Positions 1-10,499 of a stretch of 64,000 bases of DNA are shown in pieces. Both the position numbers and the translations under genes were made by a program. The notes below the pieces were generated by a model, which did no database searches, was not told the origin of the DNA, and saw only the letters and a list, made by a program, of their open reading frames with translations. This stretch comes from a virus (Duplodnaviria; Caudoviricetes): IMG/VR virus record IMGVR_UViG_3300014059_000006, positions 1-64,000 of that record. The stretch is one strand, 5' to 3'. Each line of letters opens with the position of its first letter. The stretch's first letter is position 1.

Positions 1-261
1 AGGAATGAGGTACAAAACTATCTCTTTGAGCAAAAACAAAAGAAGATAAAAATAAAAATACGAATGTGAGAGTTTTCTTTAGCATTATATAATATGTTAT
101 ATATAAATATACTAAATTTTCTCTGTTATTTTTATTATATTTTGTGATAATAGAAATTTTGTTTTTTCTTTTTGGTCGACATCGTCTTCTAACATTTCAG
201 AAGATGATTCTTCTATTTCATCTATTTCGTAATTTGGGCACATTGTAATAATATATAAAAT

Positions 262-597
262 TTAAACAACTAAATCTAATTTTAAGTAAAAATATTCTTT
301 CACTGCTTCTATGAAAATAGGCCACTCGTCCAAAATAAGTTCTTTTGTTGTTGTTTTTTCTGTTATTTGAGGAAGAACTTCTTTTTTTATCATGTCGTCA
401 TGAATTTCGTTTTTAGAATATCCCGTTATACGACAAACTTCATCAATGATGGCAAAATATTGTTTTCTATGTTTTACTATTTCTTCTATTAATTCAACGC
501 GCATTAAGATGACACCATCAGAAAGCGTTCTTAAATATTCAGAAACACCTGAAATTTCAAGATTTCCTTTTTTTAGCACTCCTACAAATGCTTTCAT
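262..597 (-). CDS. NinB/Orf-like recombination protein (putative)
   Basis: YFAII..V...TGYS..EIH and TT.EL...E...FIE pattern resembles phage NinB-like proteins. Confidence 0.5.
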   Translation of the reverse strand: MKAFVGVLKKGNLEISGVSEYLRTLSDGVILMRVELIEEIVKHRKQYFAIIDEVCRITGYSKNEIHDDMIKKEVLPQITEKTTTKELILDEWPIFIEAVKEYFYLKLDLVV

Positions 598-712
598 TAT
601 TCGTATAAATGAGTAGGATTTTCAACTATTTGTGTGTATTGTGAAAATGGGTCCATTGTTATTTTGTTAAAAAGTGAAAAAAGAGGGAGATTTCTCTCCC
701 CCTTTCAGGGAC

Positions 713-1201
713 TTATGCTAATGCTAAGTCTTTTATTGAGATTTTTTCTTCTTCTTCTACGGGTATCAATAATGTATTGTCCTGTATAATGGGATGTTTA
801 GAAGCATTAAACACTGTTATTTCATTCTCATCTGAAAGAACGATTGTAGTATACGTAGATACTGTTTTACCGTCTATTTCATATGGTTGAACATTGTGTG
901 TTACAGTTCTTCCAATTAATCTCACCGGTTGTTTTTTGTTTCTTGCTTCTTCCAGAGCTATAATCATTTCTCTTGGAGGAAGTGCCGGCCATTTTCCTTT
1001 GTCATTTGTAGAATAAATCAAGTTACGTTTATGAAACTTGCGGAAATTTGATGTGTCAACAATTTCAATAATAACAAACTTGTTACCATTTTTATTGATA
1101 TTTACTTTTCCTTCGATTCCGTTTTCGTCTTTTTCTACAATTGTTTCCGGGTTTTCTGATAATCTGACACCTTGAATGTCAATATAATGTGATTCTTGCA
1201 T
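713..1201 (-). CDS. hypothetical protein
   Basis: 162 aa ORF in the minus-strand run, followed by a hairpin + T-tract at ~678-706. Confidence 0.75.
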   Translation of the reverse strand: MQESHYIDIQGVRLSENPETIVEKDENGIEGKVNINKNGNKFVIIEIVDTSNFRKFHKRNLIYSTNDKGKWPALPPREMIIALEEARNKKQPVRLIGRTVTHNVQPYEIDGKTVSTYTTIVLSDENEITVFNASKHPIIQDNTLLIPVEEEEKISIKDLALA

Positions 1202-1206
1202 AATTC

Positions 1207-2013
1207 TTATTTAATAGGGATGTTCATTACAGTGGAAGCTCCTCCGGTGATAGTTGTAGGCAAGACCCCATTCCACTTCGATAAAGCCTGTTGTTGTAAC
1301 AATTGAGGAGTAATTCCAGAAGAAACAATTTTGTTATATTCGGCCTGTAACATTGCTAATTCATTTTTCTTTCGTTGTTCTATAACCTGTTGGTCTAACA
1401 CTGTTACGTTAGTATTCACTTCATTTCGACTATCAATTTTCTGTTTTACTTTTTCAGAAAAATCTAACTGCGCTGAAAATGATTCTAATTTTAAACCTTT
1501 AGATAAAAATTCTTTTTCCACTATGGTTTCTACGTGTCGTTCAAATGCTAATGAACCTCCATTGGCCATTAAAGAATCTGTAACATAACCTCGGGAAGCT
1601 TCTTTCATTATATCATAAATTTTCATTTCAAGAATATTATTCTCTAGAGCTCGCATAAAGTCGTCCCCATTTCCTAATTGTTTATTCTGAAATACTACAT
1701 CAACGGCACGTTTTTCTATAACTGTGTATGAATATGTAGGTTTTGCTGAAAATTCAGTGTTATCTGCAGCTTTTAAATGCAAAACTCTATCTTCAAAATC
1801 GGCACGTTGTTCCCACAACGGAACTTGAAATAATTCACTTCCTGGCGAAAATGCAGTGTTAACTCTTCCTTTAACGATTGAGAAATCTTCTTTTCCGGCT
1901 TTTCCATAATTTTCCATGAGTACACCCACATAGTTGGGAGCTACACGTTGACACGAGCTAAACATTGTTAGCGACAGCATTAAAATTGCAAATAATTTAA
2001 TTGTTTGTTTCAT
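1207..2013 (-). CDS. SPFH/band-7 (prohibitin-like) lipoprotein
   Basis: Signal peptide with lipobox-like FSSC, RV.PNYVGV..ENYG motif, C-terminal coiled coil and KWNGVLP tail typical of phage SPFH proteins. Confidence 0.85.
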   Translation of the reverse strand: MKQTIKLFAILMLSLTMFSSCQRVAPNYVGVLMENYGKAGKEDFSIVKGRVNTAFSPGSELFQVPLWEQRADFEDRVLHLKAADNTEFSAKPTYSYTVIEKRAVDVVFQNKQLGNGDDFMRALENNILEMKIYDIMKEASRGYVTDSLMANGGSLAFERHVETIVEKEFLSKGLKLESFSAQLDFSEKVKQKIDSRNEVNTNVTVLDQQVIEQRKKNELAMLQAEYNKIVSSGITPQLLQQQALSKWNGVLPTTITGGASTVMNIPIK

Positions 2014-2169
2014 TTTTTTCTAATTTTTTTTTTGGTTTTAAAAGTTGATAAGATATTGATATGGTGGTTATTGCTACTGCAAATCCACCCCAGGCATTTA
2101 TGTGGTTAAAAAACCATACTGAAAAGTATAAACCTCCCAGTATGGCTAAAATTATGAATAAATTTTTCA

Positions 2170-2559
2170 TTATAAAAAGCGAATTTGAGTGTCTTTATCA
2201 CTCGATTTAATTTGTGGATTGAGGCGAAGGATATGAAATTCTTCTTCTACATACTGAAATATCAATAATGGAGAGAATACAAATTCACATACATAATACT
2301 TTTTATTATTATACATGAATGAACATTTAGAAATTGTATCCCTACTTTTACCTCTTCTATAAACTTTCAAGTTTAAAGGAACAGGAAAGTCTTTAATTGT
2401 GTTGTCGGGAACATTGTTAAAAATTTCTAATAACAATGTATCACTTTGCCTTTCTAAATTGGCAATGTGTTTATACAAGCTGTTCAGTTTTTTTGTTTCA
2501 GCAGATTGCTGACTTTTTTTGGAATTTACCAATTCGATTGTTGATACTGTTTCGTTCAT
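2170..2559 (-). CDS. hypothetical protein
   Basis: 129 aa ORF co-oriented with neighbours. Confidence 0.65.
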   Translation of the reverse strand: MNETVSTIELVNSKKSQQSAETKKLNSLYKHIANLERQSDTLLLEIFNNVPDNTIKDFPVPLNLKVYRRGKSRDTISKCSFMYNNKKYYVCEFVFSPLLIFQYVEEEFHILRLNPQIKSSDKDTQIRFL

Positions 2560-2930
2560 GTTTTATCTTTTTAATTAAGTGACTACTTACTAATTGATGT
2601 TTTTTTGTTTCAGATAAGTTTTCCCAATCATTTGTAGGGAAAACAACAGATTGTATTTTTAACGACATGTTTATGTTTTTTTAATTGTTTAGAGAAGAAC
2701 ACCCCCTCGCACCTGTGTTCTGAGCTTGACTAATATATTTCACAGGCTGTAAAAGGGGTGGTTCTCGTTTTTTTGTTATGCGTCAATAACATAATTTTTA
2801 TTTTTCGTTTATTGCACGTTTTACAATGCTACGAAGTTCTCCCGTTGTTATGAGAGTGTTGTTTGGGGTTTTATCCAAGCTTGTTAAAATACGATTTAAC
2901 ACTATGTTGGAGATTTTTTTATAAAAGAAT

Positions 2931-3263
2931 TTAAGCATATTCAGGAAATAATAATTCAGTGAGTTCTGAAATATCAGCATTATTCAAATCAGCGGTTTCT
3001 TCACACATTTTTAAAAATTCATCCATGTCTTCGGCATTTATACCAAAGCGAGAAATATTAAACATTGTGTAAGGAATATACGCAGAAATATCTAATTCTT
3101 TTAAATGTACTCCGATTACACCGGTTGGTACAATTTCACCATTTTCTTCCCTTACTTGTTTAAGAATGTGTGTTATGGTGTAGTTACCTTGTTCCTTCAC
3201 CCATAAATCGTCAGGGATGGATTCTGGTTTGTTTTTATCATCTAAACAAATAGCTCGTATCAT
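2931..3263 (-). CDS. hypothetical protein
   Basis: Track ORF 2931-3290; likely start MIRAICLDDKNKP. Confidence 0.7.
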   Translation of the reverse strand: MIRAICLDDKNKPESIPDDLWVKEQGNYTITHILKQVREENGEIVPTGVIGVHLKELDISAYIPYTMFNISRFGINAEDMDEFLKMCEETADLNNADISELTELLFPEYA

Positions 3264-3358
3264 ATTATTTAATGGTTTTAATTTGAACAATCATACTAAT
3301 AACTATTACTAAACAAATAATAATAGTTATTAGTATATTTAGTTCTTGTTGTGAAAGT

Positions 3359-3709
3359 TTAGGCAACCGGGGCCTGAGTTCTTTCGTACAATGCTTGCAA
3401 AAGGGCAGTTTCTTCAACATTTTGTTTCAACGCTTTTTCTGCAACTTTTTCGTTGTAATAAGCATTTTTAACTCCTGTGATGTACTCAACCCGGTCAAAT
3501 TCTGATTTTCCATTGTTTAAAAATGCTTTTTCAGAATTTTCTTTTGCGATTTCAACTTTTCTTTCTAAATCAACTTTTGTTCCTTCTAAAAGAGACACTT
3601 CTGATTTTAAAGCTGCTGCTGAACTTTTTTGATTTCTAATTGCTGTTGCTTCAGCATCATCACCTTTTACCAAAGCTACGAATAGCTTTACATACATTAA
3701 CGCGTTCAT
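3359..3709 (-). CDS. hypothetical coiled-coil protein
   Basis: 116 aa Ala/Glu/Lys-rich helical ORF with A-rich leader. Confidence 0.75.
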   Translation of the reverse strand: MNALMYVKLFVALVKGDDAEATAIRNQKSSAAALKSEVSLLEGTKVDLERKVEIAKENSEKAFLNNGKSEFDRVEYITGVKNAYYNEKVAEKALKQNVEETALLQALYERTQAPVA

Positions 3710-3746
3710 TTTTGTTTTTTTTTGTTTTTTTAAATTGTTATAAAGA

Positions 3747-5951
3747 TTATTCTTCCTCTAAAAATAAAGGAACTTTTATTGGAAATACAGTTTGTGTTCG
3801 GGATGGTCGTGGAATTTCTTGTTCTTCTAAATATTGTACATACTCTTGGGAACTCATTTCTCTAATAGAAAATTCAGGAAGTTTACTATAACTGAACATT
3901 TTTTCTGTAGTACGAAGATATTGTCTTTCAGTTGCTTTTAAGAAATTAAAACCATAAGATTTTAAAAATCTTTCCCAATCCATTCCAAAAAATCCAAATG
4001 GACAAGGGTCTGTTAACGTATTGAAAATTTTACCTTGAATAAATCTATTATGGTCCACCATAATCCCACGTTTATCTTTTCCAAGGTTAGACACCCATTC
4101 TAAATATTGATGTTTATATGTGTATGTTTCTTTTGAATACCATTCTTCAAAGCTAATAATGTTACAACCTGGGTAATTTGATTCGTAAAAATCTCTATTC
4201 CCAAATTCCGTAGATGATAACTTAATACATGTATTTTCTTTGTATATTCCCCAGCGACTAGATTCTATCCATACATATTTTAATTTCAATGTTACTATAT
4301 CCCACTGTTCTTGTGTTTTACAATGAACTAATTGTAATTGTTTAGAATCAATAACATTGGGTTTTATTTGTATAGTGTATCCTTTTAATTTACACCATTC
4401 TTCAAATTGATATATTTTCCAACCATTATATGCACCGTCTGCTGTACCAAATCCTCTACTTTGTAAATTAACACATGTTTTATCTTTATAAGTGGTCCAA
4501 TTAGGAGAACTTAAATTATATGATAATGTATTAATTACAAAATCGTATTCTTCTTGTGTTTTACATTGTACGGCAGTATTTACGTTTGAAAAATAAGCAG
4601 ATGTTGTAGGAAGTACTTCTTCAAATTGACTGGGTTTATACATTTCTTTGACATTTTCAATATCATAGTACATACCATTATTTCTACTCAATACTTTTCC
4701 TATTTTTCCAAATTCATCATTAGATTTGTAGTGTTGGGTTATTTTAACAGTTTTACCTATCCATTCATCTTTAATTAATGGAATTTCTTCTTTTAAAGGA
4801 TTAAATTGTTTTTCCCAATCTGCATATTTAATTATCGGAAGTTTAGTATCACCTAAAGTTTCTCTTAGGTGACTTCCTGTAAATTTTTCAGATATAATTA
4901 CATAATCGTATTTATTATCAACATAATTAGGTTTTCCGTACATCTTTTCCATCACGTTATTCACATGTTCTTTGGAATCACATTTTACAATATATTCTAA
5001 AGGAAGAGAATTTATTGTTTCTTGAAAAGTGTCTGTAGAAATTATTTTTTTGAAATATCTTTTAGGAAAGTTGGTTATGTATCTATTATCTTCAATATGC
5101 CAATGTGGGCAATTTTCGTATTCAGATAACATCCAAGTCTTAGTACCTTTTGGAATTGCAGGGTTTTTAAATTCTCCAATATTTTCAGGAATATCTTCTA
5201 CAACTTCTAATTTAATATAACCTTTTCCTTTAGGAAATGAAAGACATTGATATTCTGAAACAGTTTCATTCGAAGATATTTTTGCCCACACACCATTTTT
5301 GTATATTCTGGCAGTTTTATTTCCTAAAGGGTTTCCTGTTACAGGAATATAAATTTGTGTTTTATCCCCAAAGTTATCAAAATTATGACTAGCCACTGTA
5401 AAAACATAATCATTAACTAAATCAATAAATGAACTTCCTATAGGATATCTTTGTTTAGCTTCTTCGAGTAAATTAATTTCACCTAATAAGGTTTTAGAAA
5501 ATTCTTCTGCTTCTTTGAAAGTTGAAAAAGATTTTACATGTCCTCCTGTTTCATTTTTTTTTAAAACCATATATCCTATTCCATCTTTTAAAGAAATTTC
5601 ACTAGTTCCATATGTCACACCTATATCCCCTTTTTTAAATTTAGAAATATAACATGCTCTGTCTTTTAATGCGACTAAGTATGTATTAGGTTCATAGTTT
5701 GGGGAATCTTTAGATGATAAAAATTCAGATGCTTTAATTTCTATTCTGTTAGGAATTCCACAAGGTAAAGTTCCTGATGTTAAACAATTTTTATAAGAAG
5801 TTGTTAAATACTTATTAGGAACATAATTATATTTTGGACTAGGTCCTGCATAATCTATTTTAGAAGCTAAAACAATTATAGCATCCCATTCTTCTTTATT
5901 ATCACAAATTATATTGTATTCTTTTCCTATGTAATCTTTTAAATTAAGCAT
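3747..5951 (-). CDS. modular repeat-domain hypothetical protein
   Basis: 734 aa with a recurring unit (IICDNKEEWD, VKCDSKEHVN, VQCKTQEEYD, VHCKTQEQWD). Confidence 0.85.
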   Translation of the reverse strand: MLNLKDYIGKEYNIICDNKEEWDAIIVLASKIDYAGPSPKYNYVPNKYLTTSYKNCLTSGTLPCGIPNRIEIKASEFLSSKDSPNYEPNTYLVALKDRACYISKFKKGDIGVTYGTSEISLKDGIGYMVLKKNETGGHVKSFSTFKEAEEFSKTLLGEINLLEEAKQRYPIGSSFIDLVNDYVFTVASHNFDNFGDKTQIYIPVTGNPLGNKTARIYKNGVWAKISSNETVSEYQCLSFPKGKGYIKLEVVEDIPENIGEFKNPAIPKGTKTWMLSEYENCPHWHIEDNRYITNFPKRYFKKIISTDTFQETINSLPLEYIVKCDSKEHVNNVMEKMYGKPNYVDNKYDYVIISEKFTGSHLRETLGDTKLPIIKYADWEKQFNPLKEEIPLIKDEWIGKTVKITQHYKSNDEFGKIGKVLSRNNGMYYDIENVKEMYKPSQFEEVLPTTSAYFSNVNTAVQCKTQEEYDFVINTLSYNLSSPNWTTYKDKTCVNLQSRGFGTADGAYNGWKIYQFEEWCKLKGYTIQIKPNVIDSKQLQLVHCKTQEQWDIVTLKLKYVWIESSRWGIYKENTCIKLSSTEFGNRDFYESNYPGCNIISFEEWYSKETYTYKHQYLEWVSNLGKDKRGIMVDHNRFIQGKIFNTLTDPCPFGFFGMDWERFLKSYGFNFLKATERQYLRTTEKMFSYSKLPEFSIREMSSQEYVQYLEEQEIPRPSRTQTVFPIKVPLFLEEE

Positions 5952-5953
5952 GA

Positions 5954-6220
5954 TTACACTTTTAAATAATACATATAAGGTATTCCTGTTTTCTTACTCA
6001 CCTTGTAAACATAAAGTTTATCGTTGATAGATTTATATACAGGATATACTTTTCCTTTACTGTCGGTATAAGTTTTACATGTAGGTCTATCAGCTTTAAC
6101 TTTTTGTTTTGAAGGAGGTGATACATAATTACCATTTTTATCTGTTTCTACGTTTTTTTTGGTTTGTGCCACTACAGATAAGGACACAAACAAGATTAAT
6201 AATGTTAATAATTTTTTCAT
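5954..6220 (-). CDS. secreted small basic protein
   Basis: N-terminal signal peptide MKKLLTLLILFVSLSVVAQ. Confidence 0.75.
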   Translation of the reverse strand: MKKLLTLLILFVSLSVVAQTKKNVETDKNGNYVSPPSKQKVKADRPTCKTYTDSKGKVYPVYKSINDKLYVYKVSKKTGIPYMYYLKV

Positions 6221-6243
6221 GTTTTTTTCTTTTTTATTTTTAG

Positions 6244-6292
6244 AAGAAGTGTGAGAATCGAACTCACAAGTGACACCATCATCACACTTCTT
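6244..6292 (-). ncRNA. minimal tRNA-like element (acceptor + T-arm, no anticodon arm)
   Basis: Minus strand AAGAAGT-GTGA(TGATGGTG)TCAC-TT-GTGAG TTCGATT CTCAC-ACTTCTT. Confidence 0.55.
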
Positions 6293-6298
6293 ACCGGA

Positions 6299-6664
6299 TT
6301 ATCGTAATTCTTTCATCAAGTCTGAAATAGATTTTCCTTTTAATGCTTCTGTTTGTTTTTCAGCAATTATACTGAAAATCTTTTCGTTATGAAGTTTATC
6401 TTCACGTTGTTGGGTTTTAATTTCTTGTTCAGCAACCTTAGTTAACAAAATATCCAATGTGATGTCCAATTGAAGTTTAATAAATTTATCTTTGGTTGTT
6501 CTTTTAGTTATAAAAGATTTTCCTTTCGAACTGTTATACGCTTCATTTAAAGACACAGCTAAACTGTCTAAATCATCAACAGGTAGGTCCCATAATTGCT
6601 CCACTGACAACAATCCTTTGGATGTTGCAATTCTTAATCGTTGTTTACTCGCTTCTTTATACAT
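6299..6664 (-). CDS. conserved phage hypothetical protein
   Basis: MYKEASKQRLRIATSKGLLSVEQLWDLP matches a widespread large-phage family. Confidence 0.85.
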   Translation of the reverse strand: MYKEASKQRLRIATSKGLLSVEQLWDLPVDDLDSLAVSLNEAYNSSKGKSFITKRTTKDKFIKLQLDITLDILLTKVAEQEIKTQQREDKLHNEKIFSIIAEKQTEALKGKSISDLMKELR

Positions 6665-6698
6665 AATTTTTTATTTTTTTTTTTATACTAATAAAAAT

Positions 6699-6782
6699 AG
6701 TCGAAGGTGATAGAATCGAACTACCGACCGCCCCAATGTTATTTTGGCTGGGGAACTCTACCAACTGAGCTAACCCTCGACT
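6699..6782 (-). ncRNA. tRNA-like RNA with 13-nt anticodon loop
   Basis: D-arm GCTC AGTTGGTA GAGT, stem CCCCA/TGGGG with loop GCCAAAATAACAT, T-arm GGTAG TTCGATT CTATC, paired acceptor. Confidence 0.7.
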
Positions 6783-6788
6783 ATTTAT

Positions 6789-7031
6789 TTAAAATTTTAT
6801 TTTAACCACTCGCTTAAAATTTCCTTGAAGTTTGACAACAAGTTCATCTTTAACTGTGGCATTGAATCCCAATCCAGACAATTGATTACCGGATGGTTGA
6901 ATCATGGATGTGTTTCCTAACACTTCTAATACTTTACGATGTGCTGCCAATTCAGGGATTAAATTTTCAGCATGAAAACTTCTAATTGGTACAGAAGTTT
7001 TACAATTTTCCAACGAAAAAGTCCTGTACAT
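6789..7031 (-). pseudogene. C-terminal fragment of a large conserved phage protein
   Basis: HRKVLEVLG...QLSGLGFNAT...LVVK..GNF.RV.KIKF resembles the C-terminus of a normally much longer protein found upstream of the 6299-6664 family. Confidence 0.55.
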
Positions 7032-7183
7032 AAATGTTGAAAACCATTAGAGTCTTTATCTGTTTTTAAAATTTCAGATTTAAATCCTATTCCATGATTC
7101 CATGTTTGTACTTCTGTAGCATCAAAAGGAATTTCTACAAATGCAAAAATTCCTTTTGATGTAGTTATGAGTTTGTTCATCAT
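6959..7183 (-). CDS. hypothetical protein (possibly truncated/fused)
   Basis: Start abuts previous stop; 3' end overlaps the 6789-7031 fragment out of frame. Confidence 0.5.
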   Translation of the reverse strand: MMNKLITTSKGIFAFVEIPFDATEVQTWNHGIGFKSEILKTDKDSNGFQHLCTGLFRWKIVKLLYQLEVFMLKI

Positions 7184-7416
7184 TTATGTTTTATAACTTT
7201 AAAACAACTGTCACAATTATTAGAAATGTTAATACATTTTTGCAATTGTTTATCTTCTGTGCGATATGTATTAATATTTGTTATAATAATAAATATTAAT
7301 ATTGCTACTAATCCTAGTCCAAAAATACTAATTATTTGTAGCATTTGATTAAATCTTCCGTATGGGTTCATAATTTTAAAATTTTTTGTGTTTTGGTTTC
7401 CAAGTTTGACTTGCAT
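7180..7416 (-). CDS. small membrane protein with CxxC
   Basis: TM helix then KC...CDSC; real start probably MNPYG. Confidence 0.6.
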   Translation of the reverse strand: MQVKLGNQNTKNFKIMNPYGRFNQMLQIISIFGLGLVAILIFIIITNINTYRTEDKQLQKCINISNNCDSCFKVIKHK

Positions 7417-7644
7417 ATTTCTCTTTTTTAAAAGTATCAGGCACTTCTAAATATGCTAATTGTGGTTGTATAACTATTGGTATAGGTTCTCTTTGAGAAA
7501 ATGTTTCTTCGATTTGTTTAATTTCTTTTACATCAGAAATAATTACTACTTCTGCATTCATATTATAGCATAATTTGGCTACTTCATGTGTAGCTATACC
7601 TATTCCTATAATTCCTATTTTTATTTGTGTTTTTTTTAATTTGA

Positions 7645-7712
7645 GAGTGAATGGACGAGTCGAACATCCGTTCCTTAGATTCGCTAAGGTCTTACCGTTA
7701 GATGAATTCACC
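7645..7712 (-). ncRNA. tRNA-like RNA with aberrant anticodon arm
   Basis: GGTGAAT/ATTCACT acceptor, D-loop TAACGGTA, CCTTAG CGAAT CTAAGG arm, GTTCGACTC T-loop. Confidence 0.6.
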
Positions 7713-7723
7713 TGTATCTTTTT

Positions 7724-7769
7724 TGCTAAATTTTATTTGTGTTGATGCGAGGAAGACGTTCCCCATGCT
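7724..7769 (-). repeat. conserved RNA motif, copy 1
   Basis: 42/46 nt identical to 13051-13096. Confidence 0.85.
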
Positions 7770-7959
7770 GAAACAATTACAGCTTTGTTGTTGTTAAATA
7801 CAACTTAGTATTCAGTATTTCTTCATAATTCCTCCTTTTTTAATTTGACTTTTCAACAATCTACAACGATTGTTTAATGGTACGTGAAAAATGTAAAAAA
7901 TCTAACAAGGGCATTTCCCTTTTTCACATTTAAACAAATGTGTGACCGATTTACGGATT

Positions 7960-8637
7960 TTAATGCGTTGATTTGGTAACAATTTCTAAGATTTCTTCTT
8001 TAAAGGAATCTTTTTCTGTAAACCAATAAAAATTCTTAAAAAATCCTTTTTTTCTTTTTCGAATATCAATAAAATGTTTATAATTAAAATTGTTTAATAA
8101 AGAAGTTTCTTTTAATGATAGATATTCTTTAACAAAAACTCCATTTAAATCATATTGTTGTACTTTTTGACATGTTTTAGCAATTATTTTATTCTTGTGT
8201 TCCAAACTCAATGATTTACCTATCTTGGCTAACCTCATTTTTTCTTTTGATTCATCTGTATGTTTTTGATTAAAAAAATGATTTTTACATCCTTTTCTTG
8301 AATTAGAATTTTTTTCTCGATGTTCTTTAGAAAAAACTATACCTAAATTACTTTCTGCAATCAGTCTTTTATTGTACTCAGGTTTTAATGTATCAATATA
8401 ATATTGTTCTTTTTCTAAAAGAACTTCTTTGTTTTCGACAAAGTCAATAATAGAGAATACAAAATTTTCTTTTCCGTACTTATTGTAAGCATTTTGTAAA
8501 TGGATATTTGGGTGTCGATTTAAACGTAAATTGGAAAAATGTGCAGTTTTTCGTTTAAATATACTAATACTACTACCGACATATTTTTTGTTGTTGATTA
8601 AATTTGTTATCGTGTATATACCTATCTTCATATACAA
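7960..8637 (-). CDS. GIY-YIG homing endonuclease with NUMOD3/NUMOD1-like repeats
   Basis: GIYTITNLINNKKYVGSS, H.N.HLQNAYNKYG, EQYYID, HT.ESKEK, VQQYDLNG; TAnnTTTG promoter just before MKIG. Confidence 0.92.
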   Translation of the reverse strand: MYMKIGIYTITNLINNKKYVGSSISIFKRKTAHFSNLRLNRHPNIHLQNAYNKYGKENFVFSIIDFVENKEVLLEKEQYYIDTLKPEYNKRLIAESNLGIVFSKEHREKNSNSRKGCKNHFFNQKHTDESKEKMRLAKIGKSLSLEHKNKIIAKTCQKVQQYDLNGVFVKEYLSLKETSLLNNFNYKHFIDIRKRKKGFFKNFYWFTEKDSFKEEILEIVTKSTH

Positions 8638-8718
8638 ATATACACATAAAAACCGGTTTTATCAAGCCTTAATTTTTACATCACGGTTAGTAATAATATA
8701 ATTTTGATTTTCATTTTT

Positions 8719-9627
8719 TTAATTGTGTGTTTCGTTTAATAATGCAGAATCCAAATAACTTTGGTCATCGTCTGTTCCCCATTTTGTAATAATACGGCAA
8801 ATATTGTTTTTACAATATTCATATACAACAGGGTCTTTAATTTCAGTTATTTCTGTTTTAAAGAATCCAAATTTAGTTTCTTTATCGAGTCCATCTAAAT
8901 TAAAATGTGATTTAGGGGCAGCTATAAATAAACCATTCATAGATACATCTTTAGTTTCACTATTAATACTATTCCATACACAAATATTTTTACCAAGTAT
9001 ATGACAAGAACACATATCATTATTTCGATTGTACGATGATACAGACCTCAATTCTGATATATCATTCCATTCTTGTAATTTTTTTCTTTCGTTTAGTGTA
9101 GAATCTTGTCTAAAATCAGCAATATATTTCCAATATAATTTACCCTCATGCATGTCTTTACTGAGTAATGGTTTTGCATTTTTCATTTCAAGAACATTTT
9201 TTTCAGGAATATCTTTGATGTAATTAGTAGAAGGAGCATGAATAAGATTATATTTATTACAAATGCGTTCTAATTCGTCCACTGTAATAAATTTTTCCAA
9301 TGGATATCTTACTTTTAATTCACGAATGTAATTTGCTTGAATAGTTGTTAATTCAACAATAGATTTGATTTTATTCTTTTCTATTTTAATAGACTTAGCT
9401 TTTTCTACTGTTTCAGAATTAATAAAACCAAGAGATACCAACATGTCAGCTTTTCTTTCGATATTTGATTCAGTTGGTATTTGTAGTTCAGAAAGTAATT
9501 TATCACATTCCGATAGAATTCTTTCTTCTGCCGAATCAAATTCAGCATGTATTTCTTCTACAGTGACAGTTTTGACTGATTGTAAATTAATACTTTTTTT
9601 TGCGTATTTTATTAATGTTTCAAACAT
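8719..9627 (-). CDS. conserved phage hypothetical protein
   Basis: 302 aa; LFIAAP.SHF and KDP.V...IITKWG motifs. Confidence 0.85.
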   Translation of the reverse strand: MFETLIKYAKKSINLQSVKTVTVEEIHAEFDSAEERILSECDKLLSELQIPTESNIERKADMLVSLGFINSETVEKAKSIKIEKNKIKSIVELTTIQANYIRELKVRYPLEKFITVDELERICNKYNLIHAPSTNYIKDIPEKNVLEMKNAKPLLSKDMHEGKLYWKYIADFRQDSTLNERKKLQEWNDISELRSVSSYNRNNDMCSCHILGKNICVWNSINSETKDVSMNGLFIAAPKSHFNLDGLDKETKFGFFKTEITEIKDPVVYEYCKNNICRIITKWGTDDDQSYLDSALLNETHN

Positions 9628-9629
9628 AA

Positions 9630-9869
9630 TTAAGTTTTATTAAATTGTTCATTATAAGAAATGGAACTCCATGTAATTGTTACACATGGGAAATAATTTA
9701 GACAATAACGATTAAGTTTTGGTGAATAATGTAATCCAATCCAACAACTTTCTTTACGGACAAGAATATCCACGTACCATTTACGTTTATTACACCACTT
9801 ACTAATTAAAATAAGTGATGTAATAAACAAAAATGATACTAATATGAATAGTATAAATAGTATTTTCAT
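9630..9869 (-). CDS. small membrane protein
   Basis: N-terminal TM; tightly packed with neighbours. Confidence 0.65.
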   Translation of the reverse strand: MKILFILFILVSFLFITSLILISKWCNKRKWYVDILVRKESCWIGLHYSPKLNRYCLNYFPCVTITWSSISYNEQFNKT

Positions 9870-10291
9870 TTTGACTCTAGGTTTTTTATTTCAGATTGTA
9901 ATTTAATAGCTTTTATCTTTCGAGAAACTATCATAGTTTCTTTAATAAGTTCGTTGGCTTTTTGTGCAATAATTAAACTTGTTTCTAATTCATCAACTTC
10001 TCCATGTTTAATAATAAAAGATACTTTTTTTTCGAAAGTGATATATTGTAATTTATGATGTTTTTTAGATTGAAAATTATTTACTGCTAGTTTGATTTTT
10101 TTACTCACAGGTAATCTTCTCACTAATATTATAGAAGATATAGAAAATCTAAAACGAATACCTTTTTTCATAAGAACTTGTTGAATAGTTCCTCCTAATG
10201 CTTGATAAATGATTTCTTTATGAGTTAAAGGAAGTATTTCTAATATATCTACATCTTTTGTGTTTCCTTTACTATCTGTAAATTTTATCAT
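9866..10291 (-). CDS. hypothetical protein
   Basis: 141 aa, ATGA overlap with next gene. Confidence 0.7.
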   Translation of the reverse strand: MIKFTDSKGNTKDVDILEILPLTHKEIIYQALGGTIQQVLMKKGIRFRFSISSIILVRRLPVSKKIKLAVNNFQSKKHHKLQYITFEKKVSFIIKHGEVDELETSLIIAQKANELIKETMIVSRKIKAIKLQSEIKNLESK

Positions 10292-10310
10292 ATCTTTGAC
10301 TTTAATCTTT

Positions 10311-10499
10311 TTATTTTTTCTTTGTACGATACTTATTAATATAAGGAGTAACTGTAAATTCTCCTGATATTAGTCCATTTGATAAAGTAGAATGAAATTC
10401 CACTTTGCGATAACGAGTTTTTAACCCGCTAAAAGATGTTCTCACTTGTTGTTCTGTGCGATTTTGAAACGCAATTTCTTTTGACTGTGCTATATTCAT
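10311..10499 (-). CDS. hypothetical protein, paralog of 13329-13535
   Basis: Shared F.NR...LK.RYR.VE.H.TL.NGL..GEF.V..YI. Confidence 0.75.
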   Translation of the reverse strand: MNIAQSKEIAFQNRTEQQVRTSFSGLKTRYRKVEFHSTLSNGLISGEFTVTPYINKYRTKKK

